A DNA stretch of 64,000 bases from Antedon mediterranea (GCF_964355755.1 NC_092673.1:3906001-3970000); one strand, 5' to 3'. Shown: positions 51,576-63,713, numbered from the stretch's first letter. The notes: generated by a model not told the origin, from the sequence alone. Numbers and translations are program-made.

Positions 51576-54349
51576 TAGCACTTATAAGGATGGCAGGCTA
51601 ATAAGTATAAGAATTCAATTGTGTGGTGGGTTTTAAACATTCATACTCCTACTACATCTAATGCTTACCATGGCTACATCATGAACAGTAGCAAAGGTCA
51701 TGGTGATATCTGTGCTTGCTTGCAGAGCTATCACAACTTGACCTGTGTGTGACTAGGAGTGGAAGTGATGGTAAATAGGTCAAACTATTTATTATTCCTT
51801 GTGTAGAAAAATGCACCTTTCTAGAAAAATCATGGCTACTGGCTTTGGTGTGTAAGCATGCAATGTTTTGTAAATGTATTGACAACATCTAGGCTGGGTA
51901 TAAAAAGAGTATGAATGCACTGTAGCTTTACACAACTAGTTGGCAGCACACTACCTTAGTACTTTCATAATTTAGGGGGAGAAAATATATTTTTGATGTA
52001 AATTTTGGTAATTATATATGTGTAACTTTTGACAAATTGTAAATTTTAATGTAGCAGTTAGAATTAAAATGCAAGGATTTGTAAATACTTGCTATCAAGC
52101 CATCATCAAAACCGCTTTGTCCGTAAAAGCCTACGGCATGGTTATTGCATCGTGATCTTTATTATACATGTATAAGTTTGGTCTTTTGTGGCATTTGATG
52201 ATCTTTGGATATTGAATATCATGTGACATGTGATGTCATATGTCGTAACCCTACTGTATCATGCTTAAAAATTCTTGAATTTGCAGTAAAAAGAACAATT
52301 TGATCAGTTTGAATAAAATCTATTATAGTAGAACATAATTTTAAAGAAATGTAATTTGAGTTGAAAGAACTCAGCTGTTGTGAATGAATAATAGTTATTT
52401 TATTATTTCATGTGACAACAGCAACCTGACATTACAAATGATAATTAATAAATATTGCGATGTTTATTTTTATTACCATACTGACCCGGATATAAGCCCA
52501 CACTGGGATACCTGCTAACTTTCATGCAAATGAATGCACTTAATATATTTGCTCGTAAGCCTTTCCCAGGTGATGGAATTTAGGAGTGGAATTTATTATG
52601 TTACCTCTAAATGTTTCTGTACTGACATTTTGTTTTCTCTTTATTTCAGTCCTACTAAACGAGAGCATCAAGGTAGCTTTTAACTAATCTTTTCTAATTA
52701 TTTTTTTGTTTTGCTTTACTTTAAATTCTTTAAACATAATAACATAATTGGTTTTTATTTTTTTATCTATCTATCAATCAAACATAGATAATACTGTTAA
52801 ATTCAAAACTTCTGTTAAATTGTTATCGCGGTTATTTATGGACATTTTTTTCTTATTTATTTATTTTCTGTAATTTATTATTAATATATTGTAAAATGAA
52901 TTAAAATTAGTTTATGCAAAAATATAACAAAATATGGATGTTAAAAATTATGATAAAATACCAAAGAAATGGATAATTTGCATATTCTGACATTCTAGCC
53001 AATTTAAACTGTTGTTATTTGGTGCAAATTTATTTTTTTTAATTCTTGCACTATCTTATATCAATCACATCACATTCTTTATGTTCAGTATTATTTTTTC
53101 TTGAAAATATTTTTTCTTCTTTTTTTTAAATTTCTTCTCAAACTAAATTTTTTATTTTAACAATTTAAGTACAATTTTAACTATTTTATTGACATTTTAA
53201 TAACTATTTGACTATTAATTTTAACAAACTCAATTAGTATAAGTTTCATTAAAACGATTAAATAAATGCTTATTTCCCAAAATAAATATACAGTAAGGAA
53301 ATCATCATTTTCGGCAAATGTGTAATGACAATGATTTTCCGTATAAAATGCAAATTGCCATAGAGAGCAAGTTGACTTATTGTTTAGAGGTGTATGATAT
53401 AGAGGATTTTTGTAACAATATATATTTATATGAAAATGTATTTAAATGTTTTATATTTAGTTTTGTAAGTGTGTGCTGTATTGTTTATATATATAATATG
53501 GTTATTATTTTGGTGGAAAGGAAAAAGTATGTTTGACCACAAGAATAGCACAGCTTGTATACTACATCAGTTATTTTACAAATGATGTTGCCTCATCAGT
53601 TTTGAACAGCTATGGTCCTGGTTTGCATACTATACATGTAATGTTCACATGATTCACATTTTAAAGAATCCAGCACAAAGTAGAGCCCCCCCCCCCCCCC
53701 CCTGTATTATCTGTATTATGTCATCTAGGGCTTAAGTCCTCCACTTATGTACATATACAAATAAAAAATAAATACAACTCATAGGTTTCTTCTAATCGTT
53801 ATTAAGTGCAGTATTATATTATAAGTAAAAACACCTCATATTGGGACAAAATTTATTTATATTTGGCTTTTTATACTTTGCTTTTTTATTAGAAATATTT
53901 TACAGTAGCTTTTAAGTCTCATAAATTGTATTGTAGATTTATGTGTTTACTTTCTTTTAATTTTATAAAAGCTTAATTTTTTACCTGGACACGGAACAAT
54001 GATTTTGTATGCAATGCTTCCTGTATTCATATCATTTATTTTTCTACTAAAGTTCATTTTTATTTAGTTTTATTTATTTAAACAATTTGTTCTCATTTTG
54101 TGTAAAGTGTACGCATAATTTTTAGCAACCCGATATTTGTTTATATAATTGTATAACAATGATTTTTAAAATTCATTGTAATAAAATTAAGAATGGCAAG
54201 CTATTAAATGAATCAATAATTTTTACCCACCAATATTTTAAGAACGTTTTAGTCAATCATGACATGATTTTATTTTTATAAATTATTAGATATAAAACAT
54301 TTGTTTTAATGTTAAAGATTTGAAGGAAATTTAAGTAAGGAAATGTATC

Positions 54350-54712
54350 TACCCTGAATATATTTTACCTACCCTGGATATATTTTACCCACCCTGGATG
54401 TATTTTACCTACCCAGGATATATTTTACCTACCCTGGATATATTTTACCCACCCTGGATATATTTTACCTACCCTGGATATATTTTACCCACCCTGGATA
54501 TATTTTACCTACCCTGGATACATTGTACCCACCCTGGATACATTGTACCCACCCTGGATACATTGTACCCACCCTGGATATATTTTACCTACCCTGGATA
54601 TATTTTACCCACCCTGGATATATTTTTACCTACCTTGGATATATTTAACCTACCCTGGATATATTTTACCCACCCTGGATATATTTTACCTACCCTGGAT
54701 ATATTTTACCTA
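54350..54712. repeat. 20-bp minisatellite (tattttacc[t/c]accctggata)
   Basis: about 18 units. Confidence 0.95.
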
Positions 54713-55507
54713 TTACATTTATTTTGTTAAATTATATTCCACACAAAAGTGAACAGGGAGGTCTTTTATTGGAGGGGTATTTTATTGGCATTTTGAATAC
54801 TAAATTACTATCAAGATGAGTTTAATTTCAGTTTGAAATACAATTTTAGAAAATGAATAAGAACTGTACACAGAACCATATTGGTTAGATTAGAGATCTT
54901 GTACAGTTATTACTATATACATATTATGATGCACTATTTGTCAACTGTCTAATTCCAAATAACAGGGTTAAATATAAAACATAATTTATAGTGCCTTTTC
55001 TGTATAAATGATTTCTTCTTTTCAAACTTCATGTGATAAACAACTTATTCTGTCTGTAGTATAAACAATGGTACAAATTCCAGTAAAAATAGATATTTTA
55101 TTATTCTATAGATGTGTGTACATAATTTAATAATTATGGAAAGAGCAATGTTATTTTTGCAGTATATATGTATCATAATGCTGGAACGTTTTTATGTAAA
55201 AATTATTGAAATTATGTGTGCTATCAATAAATTTGAAGTAAAAAGATAAATATGTGTGTTGTGGCATTTTCATCTATTCTATTTTATGTGATAATATTGT
55301 TGTATTATTATATCATTGGCACTAGACTAGACTTTAATTTGTGCAATGAATGAAACAATAAAAAGGAGAGAAAAATATTTAAATGATTAAATAAAAATCA
55401 GTTGATTATTACAAGAAAACCTAGTCAGCATTACAGTAATATACAGTATTTGACACTTTAGGCGCGCCATACGTGTCGGAACATAAACAAGTTGAACACG
55501 TGAAAAC

Positions 55508-55589
55508 ATGGCCAAGTTTCACGATCTAAATATTCCTTTTACAACAGATAAAAAACAGCTACAGAAGCTAATTGGAAGTGCTGCGAACG
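55508..55589 (+). CDS. RPP30: RPP30 exon 1
   Basis: aacATGG start context; MAKFHDLNIPF...; gtttgt donor, phase 1. Confidence 0.9.
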
Positions 55590-58500
55590 GTTTGTTTATT
55601 TGAATAAAATTAAATAATATGCTATGAATAATTAACTAAAGAAAACATTGTTGTAATGATTTAATGATTTATAGAATCAAGTAGAGGCCTAGGCTACTAC
55701 GTAGCTCTACTTTTAGGGAGGCTAGCGAATCCATCCAAGGGAAGCCGGCGGTACTCCCGGCTTGTGCAGGCCTAGGCTAGGTAGGCCTTACTGGTCAACA
55801 TGTATGTTTAACCATGGAGGTAAAAATTACCTCCACCATGGTTAAACCATCTTCATTATTCTATACTTTTAGCTCAAATCCAAAAATAAATGTTGTCTCT
55901 TTTTTTATTTATATTTTATATTAATTAATATTTAATAATAATATTTAATATTTGTCTTTTTGTTCATTTTATATTATAATAGTAAAATTTAATCAATGCC
56001 TTAGAATTTTCAAATGCCAATACAACCCATCCAATCCAGAAAATCTATAAAATTTAATATAATATTTTATTATTAGGCTTATTATATATAAAATAATATT
56101 ATAATTATTAATAAATATTTTTGCAGTTGGTTATGAAGTAGTAGCTGTCAATCATGTTGTGAGAGATAAGAAAGGGGTGAGTTTAAATACTCTGATTCAG
56201 AATTGAAATTCCAGCATTGTTCTGATTGACTAAATTTTTAATCAATATTTTGTTCTTTATTTCTGCATAAAAACATTGTAAAGTTTTACTGTTATATGTA
56301 CGACATAAAATAAACAAAAACAAATATGATATTAATAATTGATTAATTTTTTGCAGTTAAAGAATGCTCCTGGACCAGTAGAACTACAGAATATTGACAT
56401 TGCAAACTTGAAGGTTGGTTATGAACTAGTTTCATTTTTTAATTCAAAGTTCAAATTGAATGCGTTGTACCTATCTCTTTTTAACATGTTTCAATTCCAC
56501 ATGTCATTTTTCTAAACTTTAAAACAACTGTCATATCAACTATTTGCAGGTTAAAGGTAGAAGTCTTCAACAGCTGTCAAGAGTTACGCTTATTTTAAAG
56601 GACAACACAACGTTTGCAAGGATGGTAATATTTGGTCTCTTAAACATGTACTAACTTTTGTAGCTTGTGGCGACTAGGACCCAGTGAAATAATAACAGTT
56701 GCCAACGCACTTATTCCTTGGTCAATATCAATGTTTCAGCTTAACTGTTATTGTCTCTACTGATAAAGTTCGGAAAATGAACTTAGCAAATTCCACTTCT
56801 AACTGTAAATTCTTTGGATATTTACCTTTTTTCTTTCTTCTACGTTGACACCTTTTTTGATTTTTATTCCTTTCTCTAAGCATTGTTAAACCATACATGG
56901 TAAAAAGCACCTTATAAATATTATACAGTCAACTCTCCCAATAGCGGACACCTATTGGCTGGCCCGATACTGTATGTCTGGAAAGTCTGGTATTTAGAAT
57001 GTGTTTTTAATGGTAAAAACACATTTGGGACCTTTTGAACCTTTCTTATAAAAAGTCTGTTTTTTGGGAGAGTTTGCCGTTTTAAGAGAGTCCGGTATTG
57101 GGAGAGTTGACTGTAATAATAATTATTATCATAAAAGATTATTATTACTTTTCTTATTATGATATTAATACTATACAGGATACCTTTCTTTAGTCAACAG
57201 ACAATGCCATTCAATCATATGATTTGCTCGCTGTTCAACCAACAACAGACAAACTGTTCTTGTTGGCATGTACCCAATTGGAAGTAGATATTATATCACT
57301 GGACTTCACACAGCGGCTTCCATTTTTTATGAAATACCATCCTGTCAGAGCTGTAAGTTCTTAACAGTCTTAATGAATGTACTGGACTACCCTTCAAACT
57401 ATAATGTAGCAATCTTTGCCAAATTTGAAATACAATTTCAATGTACAGTACAACCTACATTTTACGTATAGTACAGAACCAAAAGAATAAGGTAAGAAAT
57501 GAGATTTCTAAAATCCAAGTTGACCTTAAATTGACCCCCAAATATGTAGATTGTAGCTAAAAAGGCGGCCATGTTTGCCTACTTTACTTACAGCATGCAG
57601 CTGTCAAGAGCTAGCCCTAGACTACTAAAATTTATGCCAAGCTAGTCCTCGCATCTAGGTAGGCCTAGCATACTAGAAAAGCATATGCAGTCTTTGTGGT
57701 TTGTTGTTAAATTTTGCCCTCAATGTAAGAAAATAGTACACTACTGTATGTATTAAAATGACTAAAAACGATGACGTCATCGGTCAATTTATGCGTACGT
57801 ACAATCCAGGGATGGTAAAATCAGGGTATTGTAGTGTAGAACTATGAAATGTTTTGGTTTTGGTACAGTTGAAGGGTTGAGATTTCATTGGTACTTAAAC
57901 TATGTTTTTATTATTAGTTTTTCCACATAAATACATCACACATAAGTGATGATAAGAATGGTCTTATTTTTCTCTAGGCTCAGGATAGAGGTGTACATTT
58001 TGAGATCATCTATACACCAGCCATCAACAACACCACTGCACGGCGAAACATTATCGGCAATGCACATGCATTAGTGGCAGTTAACAACGGAAAGAATGTT
58101 ATCATTTCAAGCCAAGCTGAAAGAGTCAGTGATTTATTTTTACTATTATTATATTATTATTATTTACATTTATTTCCACTTTATTATGTGAAATAAATAT
58201 ACAGCTTTGTATACAGTATTGAGTTTTGGTCTGTAAAGCTCTGTCTTCACTATCAAACTAGTTTGACAAAAAAAGTATGGTTTGCCCAAATGTGGTAGTG
58301 ATATGCTCAAATATGGTAGTGATATGACATCATCATGTCCATAAATGGGTACATTTTTTTTTCACATAAAGTTTGATAGTGTAGACAGAGCTTAAAACTG
58401 GTAGTAATCCATAACATGCTTTCATAGATGGATGAATCTAGTGCAGGAAACATAATAGGTGTATTTTAACCTTTATTGTTACCCAGAGTATATTTTCCTG

Positions 58501-60030
58501 TCAAACTACTACCATGTGCCTATTATAATAGTAGCTTAGAAATAAATACTATTATAATTTGTTTAATCTTATTGTTACATTTTCTGCTGTAGGTAATGGA
58601 GATACGATCACCATATGATGTTGCCAACCTGTATCCTTTTTGTGCTGTAAATAGCTGCTGTATATAGCTGCTGTCTATAGCTGCTGTCTATAGCTGCTGT
58701 ATATAGCTGCTCTCTATAGCTGCTGTCTATAGCTGCTGTATATAGCTGCTCTCTATAGCTGCTGTCTAAAGCTGCTGTATATAGATGCTGTATATAGCTG
58801 CTGTCTATAGCTGCTGTATATAGCTGCTGTATATAGCTGCTGTATATAGCTGCTCTCTATAGCTGCTGTATATAGCTGCTGTATATAGCTGCTGTATATA
58901 GATGCTGTATATAGCTGCTGTATATAGCTGCTGTCTATAGCTGCTGTATATAGCTGCTGTATATAGATGCTGTATATAGCTGCTGTATATAGATGCTGTA
59001 TATAGCTGCTGTCTATAGCTGCTGTCTATAGCTGCTGTCTATAGCTGCTGTATATAGCTGCTGTATATATCTGCTGTATATAGCTGCTGTATATAGCTGA
59101 TGTATATATCTGTTGTATATAGCTGTTGTATATAGCTGCTGCATATATCTGCTGTATATAGCTGCTGTATATGGCTGCTGTATATAGCTACTGTATATGG
59201 CTGCTGTCTATAGCTGCTGTATATAGCTGCTGTCTATAGCTGCTGTCTATAGCTGCTGTATATATCTGCTGTATATTGCTGATGTATATAGCTGATGTAT
59301 ATAGCTGCTGCATATAGCTGCTGCATATAGCTGCTGTATATATAGCTGCTGTATATAGTTGCAGTATATAGCTGCTGTCTATAGCTGCTGTATATAGCTG
59401 CTGTATATAGTTGCTGTCTAAAGCTGCTGTATATATAGCTGCTGTATATATTTATATTTTCCTTCATGTGATATTCAGCGGCCTGTTGTTTGGTTTGAGT
59501 GAAAGCCAATGTAAAAATGCATTATCAAGGAACTGTAGGGCTTTACTTATGCATGCCAGTGAGTATTTTTACCTTCATTTATTTTACTACTAATTTTAGA
59601 TATATTTTGAAGTTATTGTTATTAATTTAAAGCCTAAATAACATATCTAAATGAAATGATATATAAAATGTATACTAAATGTTCTTCTGAATGTCTTATG
59701 TCCAAAAAACATATTTCATATTGAAAAGAAAAATTGGGTAGCTCTTAAGCCTGCCTCACTACACTACAATTTATCAAAACTATTTTTGTTATTGTTTTAT
59801 TCTATTCAGTTTGATAAATAATACAATTCAAAGATTTTACTCATTTATTTTATTTAGTTTCTAGAAAATCTGTTCGATCAACATTGTCAGTTAGAAGAAT
59901 TGAAGAACTAGCACCTAAAGAATGCTGGAAAGTAGAGGCCAACGACCCAGAGAATATTGTAAAACAAACGAAGACATCAGAAGAAGATGACGGCGACGTG
60001 GGAAGACCAAAAAAGAAGAGGAAAAGATGA
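55508..60030 (+). CDS. RPP30: Ribonuclease P/MRP protein subunit p30, complete, 9 exons, 286 aa
   Basis: Spliced product MAKFHDLNI...VGYEVVAVNH...YDLLAVQP..KLFLLAC...RGVHFEIIY.PAI...GKNVIISS.AE...EIRSPYDVANLGLLFGLSE...NCRALLMHA matches recalled RPP30 motifs; 861 nt in frame. Confidence 0.96.
56127..56176 (+). CDS. RPP30: RPP30 exon 2
   Basis: ttgcag / gtgagt; GYEVVAVNH. Confidence 0.93.
56357..56413 (+). CDS. RPP30: RPP30 exon 3
   Basis: ttgcag / gttggt; LKNAPGPVELQNIDIANLK. Confidence 0.82.
56550..56624 (+). CDS. RPP30: RPP30 exon 4
   Basis: ttgcag / gtaata; LQQLSRVTLIL. Confidence 0.9.
56926..57113. mobile_element. Tc1/mariner-pogo-like MITE in RPP30 intron 4
   Basis: TA-CAGTCAACTCTCCCAATA ... 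TATTGGGAGAGTTGACTG-TA. Confidence 0.85.
57194..57352 (+). CDS. RPP30: RPP30 exon 5
   Basis: ctttag / gtaagt; YDLLAVQPTTDKLFLLAC. Confidence 0.93.
57978..58124 (+). CDS. RPP30: RPP30 exon 6
   Basis: ctctag / gtcagt; RGVHFEIIYTPAI...GKNVIISSQAER. Confidence 0.94.
58237..58392. mobile_element. MITE family A in RPP30 intron 6
   Basis: TIRs, TAA TSD. Confidence 0.87.
58593..58630 (+). CDS. RPP30: RPP30 exon 7
   Basis: ctgtag / GTATCCTTT (U12 donor); VMEIRSPYDVANL. Confidence 0.94.
58631..59478 (+). other. U12-type (minor spliceosome) GT-AG intron of RPP30
   Basis: 5' end GTATCCTTTT; branch-site-like TTTTCCTTCAT at 59457-59467, about 12 nt before CAG; no pyrimidine tract. Confidence 0.9.
58642..59450. 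repeat. 13-bp minisatellite (gctgctgtatata) filling the U12 intron
   Basis: about 60 units. Confidence 0.96.
59479..59558 (+). CDS. RPP30: RPP30 exon 8
   Basis: ttcag / gtgagt; GLLFGLSESQCKNALSRNCRALLMHA. Confidence 0.94.
59858..60030 (+). CDS. RPP30: RPP30 exon 9 (terminal)
   Basis: atttag acceptor, phase 1; ends GRPKKKRKR*. Confidence 0.88.
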
Positions 60031-60479
60031 GAATAAATTGACATGTGATCGTGATATAGAAGATGATGATGATATGCAGTAAGACGACATCCGAGTAGTG
60101 GGATGTATGATTGGTGTTAGTTAGGAGGTCATTAAGGTCACCAAACCAGTCAGGTGCAACGGACATGTCTTTGGCCTTTTTTTAACATCAATTTTGCTGT
60201 TGAATGCAAACTGTATAGTTTGGTTGTATATATGTATTAAAACATCAAGAGCATTTGGTTTTATCATGGCTTTATTTTGTTTTGTAAGACTCGTATTGAT
60301 TTCAATTCATACAATATCATAATAATAAACTAGTTTAATAAATAAAATTGCATATAAATACAATGAAAAGTACAATACTATTTGTTGTCGAGTGATGAAC
60401 CTTGCTATGTAATATTACATGACTGAATTTCCAGTGAACAACACTGCAATTGGCACACTAATAGCAGAGAACAGCCGAG

Positions 60480-61185
60480 ACAAATAACACCCAGAAAACA
60501 ACCCCATGACAACTGTAACACCCCAGGGCAACCACCAAGACAACAAACCCCAGGGAACCACAAAAAAAACAACCCCCATAACAACTGTAACACTCATACA
60601 ACAACCACCCTAGGGCAACCACCTAGACAACAACCCCCATGTCAACTGTAACACCCATACAACTCCCCCTAGGACAACTGTACCACCTAGACAACTACCC
60701 CCAGGACAACTGTACCACCTAGATAACCACCCCCTAGGACAACTGTACCACCTAGACAACTACCCCCAGGAGAACTAACACCCAGACAACTGTACCACCT
60801 AGACAACTAATCCCAGGACAACTGTACCACCTAGACAACTACCCCCTAGGACAACTGTACCACCTAGACAACTACCCCCAGGAGAACTAACACCCAGAAA
60901 ACTGTACCACCTAGGACAACTGTACCACCTAGACAACTACCCCCAGGAGAACTAACACCCAGACAACTGTACCACCTAGACAACTGTACCACCTAGACAA
61001 CTACCCCTAGGACAACTGTACCACCTAGACAACTACCCCCAGGACAACTGTACCACCTAGACGAGAACTGTAACATCCAGACAACTACCTCCTTGAGCAC
61101 TTTGTGGATATATGCGCTCTATAAATCTTATCTTATCTACCCCAGGACAACTTTAATACCCAGAAAACTATATCCAGGACAACTA
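60480..61185. repeat. Compound C-rich minisatellite (gacaactgtaccaccta / gacaactacccccag)
   Basis: alternating 15-17-bp subunits. Confidence 0.92.
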
Positions 61186-61516
61186 GAATACCTAATAATG
61201 TGGTCGTTCCTGGGATGGCCTGTAAATATATAATATAATACAGTAGTAAGAAAGTTCAAATTGGGATATAAACTCAGTTTTTAAAAAAAAGCTGGTATAT
61301 AGAACTTTTTGTAATGAATTTTTTAATAAAATAAATCAAAATATTTCACAGCGTACAAATTCAAACACATTATGTTGCATATTACAATACAATAATAAAA
61401 ATATCTTTATTCAACAAATAACTATTAAATTAATTGTGCTGAAAATAATCATATCAGAGCAGATTTTAAAGTGTCTTTCCATTTTTGATAAATATAAAAC
61501 TATTCAAATACACTAT

Positions 61517-61765
61517 AAACCAATGTATTACAGTGCAATATAACCATGTACAGTATTACAATGCAATATAACCATTGTTATAATACAATATTATTACCAA
61601 TGTATTTATTACAATGCAATATAACCATTGTTATAATACAATATTATTACCAATGTATTTATTACAATGCAATATAACCAATGTAATACAATAAAATATT
61701 ACCAATTTATTATAATACAGTATAACAAATATATTACAATATTACTGTACCAATGTATTACAATA
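61517..61765. repeat. AT-rich degenerate tandem repeat (accaatgtattacaatgcaatata)
   Basis: direct inspection. Confidence 0.85.
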
Positions 61766-62363
61766 CAAGAAAAGAGTAGACCTTTTTAAAATACATTTTA
61801 TTAAATAAATATACAATCCATATATATACAAATCCAAAGGCAAATTACTGAAAATAATGACAATGCTGTGTGTATCAGTGGCTGGTATATAAATAAGTTT
61901 TATGAATAAATATATAATCCACATATATAATTTTGCATTTATTTGGCAACTAAAGAGCATTAAATTAAAATAAAAAATTGCTTAAATAGTAGGATAGAGG
62001 TTTTGGCCTCTTATTGTTTATCGACCTAGGTCTCTTTTACGATTTACCAAATATGGTAACGATAACTAAAGTTGTATACTGAGCCTATATGGATGCATAG
62101 ATTACTTCTTTTGCATAAATTACCATCTCTTTCAGTTTACAAAACAAAAACTTGTCAAGTATTGCACAAGACACTCAAACGAGTGAATGCGCTGCTTACA
62201 CAGCATTTAAACATATAAACCAATCTGTATTGACAATATACTGATTTCCAAAACTCTCATACCCTTGTTACCCTTATGTATACGGACGTTGCCCAAACTG
62301 CCTATTTATTTCAACCACAGTACGCATTCAGTGTGAAAACCAAGCAATTATAGTTAGTCTTCA

Positions 62364-62504
62364 TTAACCTGGACTAGCTTCCTTTATCGTTGCTTGTACT
62401 GCAACATGGTCTGAGCTAGCCTTGCGATTCCATTGCTCATCGTTTAACAGAGAAATGTCTTTTATTTCAAGATGTTTTGGTAAACGAACAAATATATAAT
62501 CAAT
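62364..62504 (-). CDS. EEP gene terminal exon (IDYIFV...SSDHVAVQATIKEASPG*)
   Basis: ttacag acceptor on minus, TAA stop. Confidence 0.92.
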   Translation of the reverse strand: MDYIFVRLPKHLEIKDISLLNDEQWNRKASSDHVAVQATIKEASPG

Positions 62505-63713
62505 CTGTAAAAAAAGTTTTGGTATTAATTATATACGTAGCAAGCATTATAACTTTTTTTGATAGATGAGTGGAGTTATGGCTTGGTGGTTATGATGCTT
62601 GGCTACAAATCCAAGGGTCCTGTCATGTCAGGATTTTTTTAAATGACAAATTACAACTCCACTCCCAAAGACTTGTAATAAGACTTTGTTTATGTAGAGC
62701 ATCTTGTGTGTTTGTCTTCTGAACCAGATTGCCACCTCTAGGAAGGATAGTGAATGAATTTGCTTATGGTTATCTTTGGCAATTTGCCTAAATAAATAAA
62801 AAGAACAAAATGTACTTACACGTTTCCTAAGATGTTTATCAAGTCTGTTAAATGTAAGACCATCATCCCTTTTCTCATTTCCTTGGTATACACCAGGGGT
62901 ATCAGGCCTAAAGAAAAAATATGCAAGTTCAAATAATGTTCAAAATGTTACCTTGCCCATGCACAGTTATGATTTGATCGAACTGCTCCCACAATTTCTT
63001 GTGATAGTACTGTGGTAATTAATTCTATTGTGTTTTAAAAAGCCTTGGGTGTGATATGCCAATGATGTTGTGATCGTGTGGTAAAATGGTAGCTCAAATG
63101 TACAATATTTTTATGGCCTAAAGCTCTGTCTACACTATCGAACTTTATGTGGCAAAAAAGTGTGATGTGCTCATATATGGAGGTGGTATGCCCAAATATG
63201 GTAGTGATATGACATCATCATGTCCATTATGGGCACATCACATTTTTTTTGTCACATAAAGTTTGATAGTGTGGACAAAGCTTAATAATGGTTAACAAAT
63301 TACCTTGGTTCCTTGTAGAACACTCTCCATGCGTCTTTCAATTCACTTGTCCACACACCATTAATATCAGTTTTACCAGATAAAAACCTGAAAGACATTT
63401 GATTGATTGTATTCATTTGGTTCACATCAAATCCTCAAGTATAACAAACAAATGATAATATCTTAACAAGTACTACAATATCCATATGGCTAGGGCCTAT
63501 TTAAAGGGTTCTGTCTGTATGTATGGCTCTAACTTGAATTGCACTATGTAATTACTTTAATGCTTACTGTATAGGCTTGCTGTGTGGTTCATCATTGAAA
63601 TCTCCTAATAGGATAGCAGGTCCTTTAACTGCACTAATATAATTCCAGATTTCCAAGACAGATCTCAGCCTAGCAGATGCACTGAGTGAAAGGTGGGTCA
63701 CAAACACATGAAC
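62364..63713 (-). CDS. Endonuclease/exonuclease/phosphatase (EEP) superfamily protein, last 4 exons; 5' part lies outside the window
   Basis: Spliced product has VFVTHL, ILLGDFN, LKDAW, GLTF, RIDYIF and SSDH in canonical EEP order; phases consistent. Confidence 0.92.
62567..62800 (+). mobile_element. tRNA-derived SINE
   Basis: A-box-like TGGCTTGGTGG head, A-rich tail; close inverted homolog at 34858-35087. Confidence 0.72.
62820..62907 (-). CDS. EEP gene exon (PDTPG...GLTFNRLDKHLRKR)
   Basis: ctttag / gtaagt on minus. Confidence 0.9.
63122..63282. mobile_element. MITE family A in an EEP gene intron
   Basis: TIRs, TAA TSD. Confidence 0.87.
63304..63387 (-). CDS. EEP gene exon (FLSGKTD...LKDAWRVFYKEP)
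   Basis: tttcag / gtaatt on minus. Confidence 0.9.
63568..63713 (-). CDS. EEP gene exon (VHVFVTHLSL...ILLGDFNDEPHSKPI)
   Basis: gtttag / gtaagc on minus. Confidence 0.92.

Noticed and set aside
57179-57193. Upstream CAG acceptor for RPP30 exon 5
   Set aside because: Introduces an in-frame TAG; 57194 is the coding-compatible site
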